Origin: Candidatus Daviesbacteria bacterium
GTDB taxonomy: Bacteria; Patescibacteriota; Microgenomatia; Daviesbacterales; UBA10151
Length of the DNA: 64,000 nt
Assembly: GCA_016176335.1 (NCBI GenBank)
Contig: JACOXI010000004.1
Span: forward strand, 146,303 to 210,302
Direction: 5' to 3'
The position numbers and the translations under genes are program-made. Under the pieces are notes generated by a model. It did no database searches. It was given only the letters and a program-made list of their open reading frames with translations, and had not been told where the DNA came from. This document shows positions 38,248-47,308 of this stretch, piece by piece (the first letter of the stretch is position 1; every line of letters starts with the position of its first letter).

Positions 38248-39024
38248 TTGACTTTATCAAATATTTCTGCTAAAATTTATACCATGACACCAAAAGAAAG
38301 ACCTTCTTTTTGGAATCAACCAATCACAAGACGTGAAATATTAAAAGTAACTGTTTCAACAGCTGGATTAGGTACAGCTATTTATCTTGCTGGGGATTTT
38401 ATTGCTTCCCAAGAGGAGGAAGATGCTCAATATTCGCTTTCTGAACGGATCACAGATGGCCTGGAGTTCATGAAAACTCAAGGACTTACTCCAGCACAGG
38501 ATGTCTTATATGGATTTACTTATCCATCTACAAAAGAGGTTGCTCAACAATATCTTAATGCTCTGATCCCTTGGTATCTTAATCCAGACAGAAAACCCTG
38601 GCTTGTTGTTATAGAAGAAGGTAACACCAGTTACTTCTTCAGACGAGTAAGGCGGTTTATAGGGTGGGATAAAAATATTACCGAAGAAGCCGACGGGACA
38701 GTTATTCGGGCAACCAATGAGGAGGAAATTGACCTCCTTTACCTAAACCCTTCTTTTCAGAAAGCCAATCATACAGAAAGGGCAGTTACTTTATATCATG
38801 AAGGATTACACCTGTTTTACCAACCCCCAGATTTAGATGATTTTCTGGCCAGTGAGAGCATGCCTAATATAGGCCAAATACTTTTAAGTAGACTATATAT
38901 AGAAAATGGATTCCTGATTAGAGGTGTTAATCGTCAGCTTTGGGCTGCATATGATCAAGCTGTCCAACAAAAAAACCCCCAAATCTGGGAACAAGCATTA
39001 AAAGATGCTTACAAGGTAAACTAA
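38248..39024 (+). CDS. hypothetical exported protein (Tat-like N-terminus)
   Basis: TRREILKVTVSTAGLGTAIYLAG resembles a twin-arginine signal. No other motif. Confidence 0.5.
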   Translation: MTLSNISAKIYTMTPKERPSFWNQPITRREILKVTVSTAGLGTAIYLAGDFIASQEEEDAQYSLSERITDGLEFMKTQGLTPAQDVLYGFTYPSTKEVAQQYLNALIPWYLNPDRKPWLVVIEEGNTSYFFRRVRRFIGWDKNITEEADGTVIRATNEEEIDLLYLNPSFQKANHTERAVTLYHEGLHLFYQPPDLDDFLASESMPNIGQILLSRLYIENGFLIRGVNRQLWAAYDQAVQQKNPQIWEQALKDAYKVN

Positions 39025-39151
39025 TTATTCAGTTAAAATTACATTGTCCATACAATAAAACTATGTTCCCACTTGGAATATGGGTATTCGGATACTTAAG
39101 AACTTAAACCACTCTTGTATTTATTAATTGTAAATTGTACATTTTAAATTA

Positions 39152-39967
39152 ATGTACCTAGTTTTTGATATTGGTGGGACAAAAATGAGAATAGCGGTAT
39201 CCTCAGACGGTAGGCAAATCACTCAATCCAAAATTATCCCCACACCGAAAGATTTTGACCAAGCCATTCAAACTTTCAAAAAAGTGGCAGATGAAATTTC
39301 TGGGGGAAAAAAAATTGAGGTCATAGCTGGAGGGTTGGCCGGGCCCTTAGATAAAGATAAAACTATGTTAATTACCAGTCCTCATCTGGGTGGGTGGATA
39401 GAAAAACCCTTCAAGGCAGAACTTGAGAAATTGTTTGGTTGTCCAGTTTATCTGGAAAATGATGCTAATCTGGCTGCTTTGGGCGAGGCAACTTATGGTG
39501 CAGGAGTTAATCATAAAATTGTGGCTTATCTTACCATCTCAACAGGTGTGGGAGGTGGAAGGGTAGTTAATAAAAAAATTGATGAGAATTCATTGGGATT
39601 TGAGCCCGGCCATCAAATTATTGTGCCTGATGGCAGTCCCTGCAACTGTGGAGGCAAAGGCCACTTGGAATCTTATGTTTCAGGATCAGGATTGGAAAGA
39701 ACTTATGGTAAGAAAGCAGAAGAAATCAAAGATTCCAAAATTTGGGATGAAGTAGAAAGATATTTGGCAATCGGATTAAATAATGTCACTGTTTTGTGGT
39801 CGCCGGATATCATCATTTTAGGCGGATCTGTTATGCAGAGTATCAACATAGAATCCGTCAGGACCTACCTGAAAGAAATTTTAACCATATTTCCCAGAGC
39901 CCCCAAAATTGAACTTGCAAAATTAGGAGATTCTGTTGGACTTTACGGAGCCCTTTCCCTTATTTAA
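39152..39967 (+). CDS. ROK family sugar kinase (glucokinase-like)
   Basis: DIGGTKMR. ROK zinc motif CNCGGKGHLE. Confidence 0.85.
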   Translation: MYLVFDIGGTKMRIAVSSDGRQITQSKIIPTPKDFDQAIQTFKKVADEISGGKKIEVIAGGLAGPLDKDKTMLITSPHLGGWIEKPFKAELEKLFGCPVYLENDANLAALGEATYGAGVNHKIVAYLTISTGVGGGRVVNKKIDENSLGFEPGHQIIVPDGSPCNCGGKGHLESYVSGSGLERTYGKKAEEIKDSKIWDEVERYLAIGLNNVTVLWSPDIIILGGSVMQSINIESVRTYLKEILTIFPRAPKIELAKLGDSVGLYGALSLI

Positions 39968-40643
39968 CAACTCTTCTTAAAAACTCATCCAATGCCCGTT
40001 TTGCCGAGTCTTGGCCTCCCAATCCGAAAGCCAAACCACCTGCTATGGCCAACATGGCCACAATTCCGGTAAACAAAATCCTAATCAGATCTGCTGCAAC
40101 ACCGAGCTGGTTTAACACCACCAGGGCGGTAAAAAATACTATTGCATACCTGGCAGCAGTACCTAACAGGTTGGCAGAAGTTGACCCCAAACCCTTGGAT
40201 GTGTGTATTACCAAATCATGGACTAAATTAGCTACCACCAAACCTATAAAACCTATCACCACTGCCACAAACACATTCGGGATATAGAACAGGAACTGGT
40301 TTAGAAGCTCTGTTACCTTGGGAAGTCCCCAAGCCTCTGCGGCAGGAACCAAAAACAATATTACTACTGTCCACCGCACCAATTCTGCCAAAAGATTAGG
40401 CCAAACATTCCTTTTGACTCCAGTATCTGACTTTAGTTGATTAAACCAATCAGTGACACTGCCAAACCACTCCTCGACTCTTAAAATCTTTAAGAATCTG
40501 ATCAAAGCCTCCTTAAGTAAGGCTGCAACAACCAATCCAACCAAAAGTAAAATCAAACCTGCCAAAAATTGAGGTAAATAACCACCCAACCCTGCCAAAG
40601 ATGTTGTGACAATCGAACCAATAGTTAGACCAATTACTTCCAT
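39960..40643 (-). CDS. membrane protein with conserved-TM-helix repeats (MscS-like N-terminal type)
   Basis: Repeated hydrophobic helices each followed by a LGxxxxxxL pattern. 227 aa. Confidence 0.45.
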   Translation of the reverse strand: MEVIGLTIGSIVTTSLAGLGGYLPQFLAGLILLLVGLVVAALLKEALIRFLKILRVEEWFGSVTDWFNQLKSDTGVKRNVWPNLLAELVRWTVVILFLVPAAEAWGLPKVTELLNQFLFYIPNVFVAVVIGFIGLVVANLVHDLVIHTSKGLGSTSANLLGTAARYAIVFFTALVVLNQLGVAADLIRILFTGIVAMLAIAGGLAFGLGGQDSAKRALDEFLRRVVK

Positions 40644-40736
40644 TTATTTCACCCCCTCCCCAGGCAGATTAAGATCATCATAATCATACGCAAGGGCGTA
40701 ATGTCAATACCCTGATAAATTTGGTAGAATTAGAAA

Positions 40737-40809
40737 GCCCCCGTAGTATAACGGATAAAACATCTCGCTTCGGACGAGAAGACTGCAGGTTCGATTCCTG
40801 TCGGGGGTA
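40737..40809 (+). tRNA. tRNA-Arg (anticodon TCG)
   Basis: Acceptor GCCCCCG/CGGGGGT with G1-U72. Anticodon stem-loop TCTCG-CTTCGGA-CGAGA. T-arm GCAGG-TTCGATT-CCTGT. Confidence 0.75.
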
Positions 40810-40887
40810 CAAGCCACGGGGGTTCGTTATTCGAGCAAAGCGAGAATACGAGATTTATCCCTCCAGGGGCGTAACTAATTGGAGTTT

Positions 40888-41811
40888 TTAATCTTTCTTC
40901 GTTTCCTGCTGTTTCTGAACCCATTTTACGCTTCTTTGAAAAAGTTGTACAAGATTTTTAATATCCGGCCGCTTTCCCAACATAAAAATGCACCGCTTGA
41001 TTCCAAACCGTAACTGATCATTGTTTAACTCCGCCAACAACTCATTAAACGAAGAGCGCTCTCGAGGGTCTTTGGCCCAAGCTGCGCTGCTAAACATAAT
41101 CATCTGTAATACTGCATCAGTTTTTGGATGGCCGTCAAAAAGCTGCGGTATTCTTTCAGAGCTTACTGCCTCCCAACCTTCAGGAATATGAGGTAATAAC
41201 TTCTCTAACTCTGCTAAGGTCCAAAATCTGCCTTTCTCTAACTCCTTCTCGTCTATATGAGGCACACTAACCAAAGAAGGTTTTGCTCTGCTTTCACTTT
41301 GAACAATGATCTCTCTTGGATCTATTGGCACGGCATCACCACTATTGTCGTGAGAAGGTGACAAAGAGAGACCTGAGGAATTAGGTAGAAGGAGAGAAAA
41401 ATTTAGCTTTTCTCTTAAGGGATGCTTTCCCAGTGCCTCTGCTACCCTACCTATTCTCTCAATCCGTAGAGTGTTTTTTTTGCCGCCTCGTTCTTTAAAT
41501 TCCCAAGACAATACTGCAATAATCCTCACCCCATCTTGATCAAGAGAATATCTAATTCCGTTTCCTTTTCCCTTTGGATGTCTTACCAAATCTAGCAAAC
41601 CGTCTCTCCCGGCAGTATTAATAATATTAAAAAGTTGAAATCTACCCAGCCCAAAAGCACTAGAAAATAGCATCGGTACTCTACTTGTTTGTATGGGCCA
41701 TTCCAAAACTTCTTGTATTCTCGGTTCAACGGATTGTCCCAAAAACGCTTTAAGGTTCTGATTACTTATCCCCTCATAGCTATATGCCGACTCAATGCTT
41801 CTTGTTGCCAT
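40888..41811 (-). CDS. hypothetical protein
   Basis: 307-aa ORF between tRNA-Arg and the island boundary. No recognisable motif. Confidence 0.5.
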   Translation of the reverse strand: MATRSIESAYSYEGISNQNLKAFLGQSVEPRIQEVLEWPIQTSRVPMLFSSAFGLGRFQLFNIINTAGRDGLLDLVRHPKGKGNGIRYSLDQDGVRIIAVLSWEFKERGGKKNTLRIERIGRVAEALGKHPLREKLNFSLLLPNSSGLSLSPSHDNSGDAVPIDPREIIVQSESRAKPSLVSVPHIDEKELEKGRFWTLAELEKLLPHIPEGWEAVSSERIPQLFDGHPKTDAVLQMIMFSSAAWAKDPRERSSFNELLAELNNDQLRFGIKRCIFMLGKRPDIKNLVQLFQRSVKWVQKQQETKKD

Positions 41812-42043
41812 ATAATCAAAATTTTTGGCATTATACTACCTCCAGCCATTTTTTTCATCTCTAGTGAGCCGGCTAGTACCTTAAACCTGCTTCGCCCGCT
41901 CAGCGAGGCGAGCAGACTGCGGGAATTCTCCAAATTATTCCTTCATGACGGTCTAAACTCCGAATTTGCCTACCTTTTTCTTTAGAAAAAGGCAAGCTCT
42001 GCTTATACATTTGGCCTAAAAAATGCATAGTAAAGTACAACAG

Positions 42044-43102
42044 TCATCTCTCCTTTAAAACATAATACGTGGCTTTACCTTTACCTTTTCTATCAATTAG
42101 ACCTAAATCTATTAATTTCTTAAAATCCAATGCTCGAGTGGCTTTTGCCCGTTCAATTAGTTTTGCATAATCACGATCAGCAATAAATCCTTTCTCTTTT
42201 ATAAACCTAAGTATTTTCAAGTGATGGGGTTGTAACTTAGTTTCTGGGCTTATTCCAACTTCCGGAAGTAGTTTTTGGACTCTTAAAAGTTCATCAATTA
42301 TTCCTTCTGTAAAATATTCCAGCCATGAGGTGAAATCAGTTTTATCTACCAATTCATAATAATTGCCAAACTCTCCTACAGTCTGAAAATATTTAGTAAC
42401 ATTTTTGTTGTAGTAATTCTCGAAGCTAAACAAGTTAAAAGTGTTCAGTCCCATTTCAGCAAGCAATACTTTTGTAGTAAGACGGGTTGTTCTTCCGTTT
42501 CCATCCATAAAAGGATGAATAATTACCATTTGTTTGTGGAATATACCCGCTAAAATTAAAGGATCAATTTTATTTCTATTGTCATTTATAAATTCTACTA
42601 GGTCTTCTATAAGTGTCTTTATATCTTTTGCATCAGGCGGTAAGTAAATAACTTTTCTAGTCCTTGGATCATTTACAACTACTGGTTGCTCCATCAATTT
42701 TCCAGATTCAAACTTAGGCAATAGTCCAACAGTCACTTGCTTTTGAATTTTTAACATCAGCTCAAGAGATAATCTTACTTTTGCCTTTTCAAGTTTTTCA
42801 TTTAAATTCTGGAGTGCCTGATTGTAATTTAAAACCTCCCTTTCACTATCTCTTAATACGCTAGTATCAAACTTGTTTATATGTGCAGGCTTTGTTTTGA
42901 GAATTTTTTTAACTTCTGTTAAAGGAAGGGGATTGCCTTCGATACTGGTTGAAGCATAAGTTGACACTGCCCTTGCTGTTTTTTCAAGTTCTACTAACAC
43001 AACGTGGGGAAATCGTCTATTATTGAGTTCATTTACTAAAGTATTAATTCTTTTAATCTTTGCCAGGAGACGATCCGTAATTGTATAGCGGGGGTTAAGC
43101 AT
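42044..43102 (-). CDS. Fic family protein (paralog of 2675-3733, same length)
   Basis: HPFMDGNGRTTRLTTKVLL Fic motif. N-terminal STSIEGN. C-terminal wHTH-like tail. Confidence 0.85.
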   Translation of the reverse strand: MLNPRYTITDRLLAKIKRINTLVNELNNRRFPHVVLVELEKTARAVSTYASTSIEGNPLPLTEVKKILKTKPAHINKFDTSVLRDSEREVLNYNQALQNLNEKLEKAKVRLSLELMLKIQKQVTVGLLPKFESGKLMEQPVVVNDPRTRKVIYLPPDAKDIKTLIEDLVEFINDNRNKIDPLILAGIFHKQMVIIHPFMDGNGRTTRLTTKVLLAEMGLNTFNLFSFENYYNKNVTKYFQTVGEFGNYYELVDKTDFTSWLEYFTEGIIDELLRVQKLLPEVGISPETKLQPHHLKILRFIKEKGFIADRDYAKLIERAKATRALDFKKLIDLGLIDRKGKGKATYYVLKER

Positions 43103-43142
43103 ATAGTCTAATTATAAGCGGAGCTTGAAATACTCCATGGTC

Positions 43143-43168
43143 GTATTATAGACGATTAGTAGACGATT
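43143..43168 (-). promoter_or_regulatory. two direct TAGACGATT repeats (11-bp period) abutting a TATAAT box upstream of the second Fic gene
   Basis: Repeats at 43149-43157 and 43160-43168. TATAAT on the minus strand at 43145-43150. Confidence 0.4.
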
Positions 43169-43717
43169 CTCAATGGGTAAAATTTCGATCCCTGTGGCCA
43201 AGTTGAATCATCAGATAAGAGGACCAATTCCTGAGGCTGGTAGCCCTAGAGAGGTCATACAGATGGATACTGTGGATTTTGGGGCTGTGTTGCCTTTACA
43301 GGAGTAGATATCTTCACCAAAGAAGTTAATGTTAAGCTGTATCCATCACTCACCGCTAAAGATGGGTTAGATTTCTTAAGTTCCTCTTTTGATTCAAGGT
43401 TCCATCACACTAATCTTTTGCAAACTGATGGAGGCCCTGAATTTAAGGCTGAATTTAAAGCTAATGTATTCAAATATGCAGATAGATTCAGAGTAGCCAG
43501 GCCATATAAAAAGAATGAGCAAAGCTACATTGAGAGTTTTAACAGATCACTCAGAAAAGAGTGTTTAGGCTGGAGTAAGTATAGGACTAATCAGTTGTCA
43601 AGCCTAACTAGAGAACTAACAGATTATTTGATGTATTATCATACTAAGAGGCCTCATATGAGTTTAGGTATGAAAACTCCTGAGAGGTTTTTAAAAGAAC
43701 TAGTGTCGGATATTTAA
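43165..43717 (+). pseudogene. remnant of a DDE (rve integrase-core) transposase, IS481/IS3-like, frameshifted and N-terminally truncated
   Basis: Fragments in two frames: ...REVIQMDTVDFG, then GVDIFTKEV...LQTDGGPEF...RPH.SLG.KTP, which is the typical C-terminal rve segment. Confidence 0.7.
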
Positions 43718-43818
43718 GTGTACATACCGCACAATATATTGAGTAACTAAGGCCTCGCTTTCTTAATTGTTTTTATCAATTTCTTGCTATATAATTCATA
43801 GCAATTCTGCCTAACAAA

Positions 43819-44622
43819 ATGGTTGACATACAAAATCAGAATGATACCAGACAAATACCACTTGAGATGGTAGGAATTAAAAATATTGCTTTGCCCTTGT
43901 TAGTACCTACAAAATCCGGTAAACCGCAAAATGTAACAGGACTTGTCAGCTTTTATACTAATTTGCCTCACAATAGTAGAGGTACTCATATGAGCCGCTT
44001 TGTCGAAGTATTATACAGAAATCGTCGTAATCATTTAACTTTCCAGCAACTAAAACATATTGCTGGTGAAGCCAAAAAAAAACTTAAAGCTGAAAAGGCA
44101 TATCTGGAAGTATCTTTTACCTATCTAATAGAGAAGAAATCTCCAGTATCAAAAAAGTATAGCTTTCTAGACTATGAATGCAAAGTCGCTTCTAAAGTTA
44201 ATTCAGGTGATTATGAACAAAGATTAACTGTTAATGTCCCAGTATTATTACTTTGTCCATGTAGTAAGGCAATCAGCAAATTTAATGCACATAGCCAGAG
44301 GGCAACTGTGACTATTGAGGCAGATTTTATAGGTGAATTTTGGATTGAGGATTTAATAAGGTTGATAGAGAAAGAAGGAAGTTGTGAGATTTACCCGTTA
44401 TTAAAAAGAGCGGATGAAAAATATGTAACTGAAAGATCGTACGACAATCCTAAGTTTGTGGAGGATATTGTTCGTGATATTGCCTTGAAACTAAAAAAAA
44501 CCGCAAGTATCCAGTCTTTTGTTGTAGAATGCGAAAGCTATGAATCAATACACAATCATAATGCTTATGCCAAATTCGTAAGTGATAGTGTCAAAAAAGG
44601 AGCCAGAAATGTTAATAGCTAA
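43819..44622 (+). CDS. folE2: GTP cyclohydrolase FolE2/MptA family (GTP cyclohydrolase I type 2)
   Basis: Conserved ...NSRGTHMSRF segment and the 267-aa length typical of COG1469. Confidence 0.75.
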   Translation: MVDIQNQNDTRQIPLEMVGIKNIALPLLVPTKSGKPQNVTGLVSFYTNLPHNSRGTHMSRFVEVLYRNRRNHLTFQQLKHIAGEAKKKLKAEKAYLEVSFTYLIEKKSPVSKKYSFLDYECKVASKVNSGDYEQRLTVNVPVLLLCPCSKAISKFNAHSQRATVTIEADFIGEFWIEDLIRLIEKEGSCEIYPLLKRADEKYVTERSYDNPKFVEDIVRDIALKLKKTASIQSFVVECESYESIHNHNAYAKFVSDSVKKGARNVNS

Positions 44623-44953
44623 AGAATTTACTTTTGATTCTGCTCATAAATTACCTAACTATAATGGTTTATGTGCAAATTTGCATGGGCATACTTACAA
44701 ACTGGTTGTATGTCTGAATGGAAAAATCAAAGAAGACGGAATGGTGATTGATTTTAGTGTGCTTAAACAAAAAGTAAACGATAAAGTCATTAAATTATTA
44801 GACCATAAATTTTTAAATGATTTGATTGATTATCCTACTGCAGAAAATATTGCAGTTTGGGTATGGAAACGATTAATTAAGGAATTGCCGCAGTTATATG
44901 AGATTTCTTTATGGGAAACACCAACCAGTCACGTTATTTATAGAGGTGATTGA
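44609..44953 (+). CDS. queD: 6-carboxy-5,6,7,8-tetrahydropterin synthase
   Basis: CxxxHGH (CANLHGHTY) motif. SD AAAAAGGAG at 44594-44602. Start at ATG 44609. Confidence 0.88.
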   Translation: MLIAKEFTFDSAHKLPNYNGLCANLHGHTYKLVVCLNGKIKEDGMVIDFSVLKQKVNDKVIKLLDHKFLNDLIDYPTAENIAVWVWKRLIKELPQLYEISLWETPTSHVIYRGD

Positions 44954-44962
44954 ATATAGAAT

Positions 44963-45706
44963 ATGGCTGAGAAATATACACCAACTCCACTTGAGGCACA
45001 AAGAATTAAAATGCAACCGGATATGTTGAAGGTTTCCGGTGACGGGGTGTTTTTTTCTATACAGGGCGAGGGAAGGAGTTTGGGGTTGCCATCTGTTTTT
45101 TTACGACTTCATTTTTGCAATTTACGTTGTAGCTGGTGTGATACAAAATATACTTGGGATAAAAATTCTCCTGAGTTTTGGCAAGAATCCCAAGATTGGA
45201 CTATAGATCGGGCTAAGGCAGAGATCACGCGTTTTCCTGCCAGGAGATTAATAGTCACAGGAGGAGAACCACTGCTTCAGCAAAGAAAGATCGTGAATCT
45301 ATTACAACAAATGCCTGATTGGGAAGTAGAAATTGAAACATCAGGCACAATAGCTCCGTTACCAGAGTTACAAGAACGTGTTCAGTTTAATGTATCGCCA
45401 AAGCTGGATAATTCTGGAAACCCAAGAGTAGTTAGACTTAAACCTCAGGTTTTGCGTGCACTAAACGAATTACCTTTAACCAGTTTTAAATTTGTAGTTC
45501 AGGATCCAAGTGATTTTGCGGAAATCCATCGAATTGTTCAAGACTGTGGTTTAGACCAGTCAAAAATAATTATTATGCCCGAAGGATCAACGCAAGAAGA
45601 CATTAGAAGACATGGTTTGATGGTTGTTGAGGATGTTAAATTACAGGGTTGGAGATTAATGCCCAGACTTCATATAGACCTATGGGGACACCAAAGAGGC
45701 ATCTAG
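44963..45706 (+). CDS. queE: 7-carboxy-7-deazaguanine synthase (radical SAM)
   Basis: CNLRCSWC radical-SAM cluster motif. Confidence 0.88.
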   Translation: MAEKYTPTPLEAQRIKMQPDMLKVSGDGVFFSIQGEGRSLGLPSVFLRLHFCNLRCSWCDTKYTWDKNSPEFWQESQDWTIDRAKAEITRFPARRLIVTGGEPLLQQRKIVNLLQQMPDWEVEIETSGTIAPLPELQERVQFNVSPKLDNSGNPRVVRLKPQVLRALNELPLTSFKFVVQDPSDFAEIHRIVQDCGLDQSKIIIMPEGSTQEDIRRHGLMVVEDVKLQGWRLMPRLHIDLWGHQRGI

Positions 45707-45713
45707 CAATTTA

Positions 45714-46421
45714 TTATTTAGCATTATATTTAAGGGGATCAGTTAAGCCTAAACTTTGGAAAGCTGCTTGACGGGATCTGCAGTTACTGCAACCACCACA
45801 GGAGAGTTTTGTGGCGTTATGACAAGACCAGGTCAATTCAAATGGCACATTTAAACTTGTCCCTGTTTGCACCACCTGTGCCTTATTCATATGAATTAAA
45901 GGAGCTATAATTTGAATATCTGTTTTAAGCATAGTTCCAAGTCTAGTAAGTTGTTGAAATGCTACCATAAATTCAGGTGAATTATCAGGGCAAATTCGAT
46001 CGCTGCCTGTTGAACCAATGTATACTCTATCAGCACCTGAAACCTCAGCGAGAACCACTCCAACTGCAAGTAAAATGGAATTTCTAAAGGGAACATATTC
46101 AAACCTTTCGTTTGATTCATTAAGTTCAACATCCCTTCTAAATAGTCCAGACCCCCCGAATCTTTTTAACCAAGGTAATCTAACTGTATCAAGGGTTATT
46201 GCTTGAAAATGAGCTGCCAAAGTGGTAGCACTTCTTCTTTCCTTACTTGCTGTTTTTTGTCCGTACTCTACAAAAAGGAATCGGGTTTGAAAACCGTCTC
46301 TTTGGGCAACAGCTACTGCTACAGCGCTGTCTAAACCTCCACTTACTAAGCAAACAGCTAGTGGTTTGGATTCCGGTGTTATCATTGGCGCTATGATAGC
46401 AATGTAAATAGCAAATATCAA
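45714..46421 (-). CDS. queC: 7-cyano-7-deazaguanine (preQ0) synthase
   Basis: PP-loop SGGLDS. C-terminal zinc Cys cluster CGGCSNC. The start may be the internal ATG at 46385. Confidence 0.88.
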   Translation of the reverse strand: MIFAIYIAIIAPMITPESKPLAVCLVSGGLDSAVAVAVAQRDGFQTRFLFVEYGQKTASKERRSATTLAAHFQAITLDTVRLPWLKRFGGSGLFRRDVELNESNERFEYVPFRNSILLAVGVVLAEVSGADRVYIGSTGSDRICPDNSPEFMVAFQQLTRLGTMLKTDIQIIAPLIHMNKAQVVQTGTSLNVPFELTWSCHNATKLSCGGCSNCRSRQAAFQSLGLTDPLKYNAK

Positions 46422-46444
46422 TATGATACACTTAGTGTTAAATT

Positions 46445-47308
46445 ATGGGCGAAAGAGGTAGAGATATTACTGTAGTAATAGCAAACTCTGAAGATGAATC
46501 AGTCTTTAACTGTATTGACTCAGCTAATGGAGGAGCAAAAATTGTGGTGTCTCTTACTCCATACGCACCTATAGAAGCTAGGCTTTCTAGGTTAAACATA
46601 CCCTTTGTAGTTGTACCCAGAGGAAATTTGAGTATAACCTATAATTCTGGGATTGAACTAGCCACAACTAACAAAGTTATCATAATGGATAGCGACACAG
46701 TATTTACACCCAGAGCAATTGAGCAGTTAGGACACGGATTAGAACAATACGACGCTTGTAAAGCCAGACTCTCGTTTCAATATGATGACACCCAAACCTT
46801 GAGCGGGATAGTCGCGAATGCTAGGGATTTTATTAATTCCTCCCCGACTAGGGCGTACACACCGGGTCTTGCGCTTAGAAAAGATATTAGGAATCAAATG
46901 GGCGGTTACTTCTTTAATGAACAAATCAGGTGGGCCGTGGACTCAGAATTTTCATACAGATTTCATAAAAACGGACTACAATTTGGTTATATACCAGATG
47001 CGGTGGTTAACCACCCTGCAGTTTCTATAAGACACGATTTAACAGAAGCTTTTTTAATGGGATTAAGTAAAAGAAGGGCTGTTGATTTGGGAGTGAGGGA
47101 GGGAAATGAGGATGTACTTCCTACCTTAAAAAGAATACTTTCAGGAGAGACTTTCGCAAAAAGAGGAAAATTATTTAAAGAAAAAGGGGTGAGCACATTA
47201 CTTTATATGTTGACTTGGGATTTACTTTATAATTTTGGTTATAACTTAAGAAAATTAGGATTATCCGGTTCAACAGAAGAAAGGATATGGCGAGGTTTCG
47301 GAAGATGA
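46445..47308 (+). CDS. glycosyltransferase, GT-A fold (GT2-like)
   Basis: N-terminal VVIANSEDES and a DSD (DxD) motif. Translationally coupled to the carbamoyltransferase by an ATGA overlap. Confidence 0.55.
   Translation: MGERGRDITVVIANSEDESVFNCIDSANGGAKIVVSLTPYAPIEARLSRLNIPFVVVPRGNLSITYNSGIELATTNKVIIMDSDTVFTPRAIEQLGHGLEQYDACKARLSFQYDDTQTLSGIVANARDFINSSPTRAYTPGLALRKDIRNQMGGYFFNEQIRWAVDSEFSYRFHKNGLQFGYIPDAVVNHPAVSIRHDLTEAFLMGLSKRRAVDLGVREGNEDVLPTLKRILSGETFAKRGKLFKEKGVSTLLYMLTWDLLYNFGYNLRKLGLSGSTEERIWRGFGR

Noticed and set aside
40730-40924. 64-aa minus-strand ORF
   Set aside because: Antisense to tRNA-Arg(TCG).
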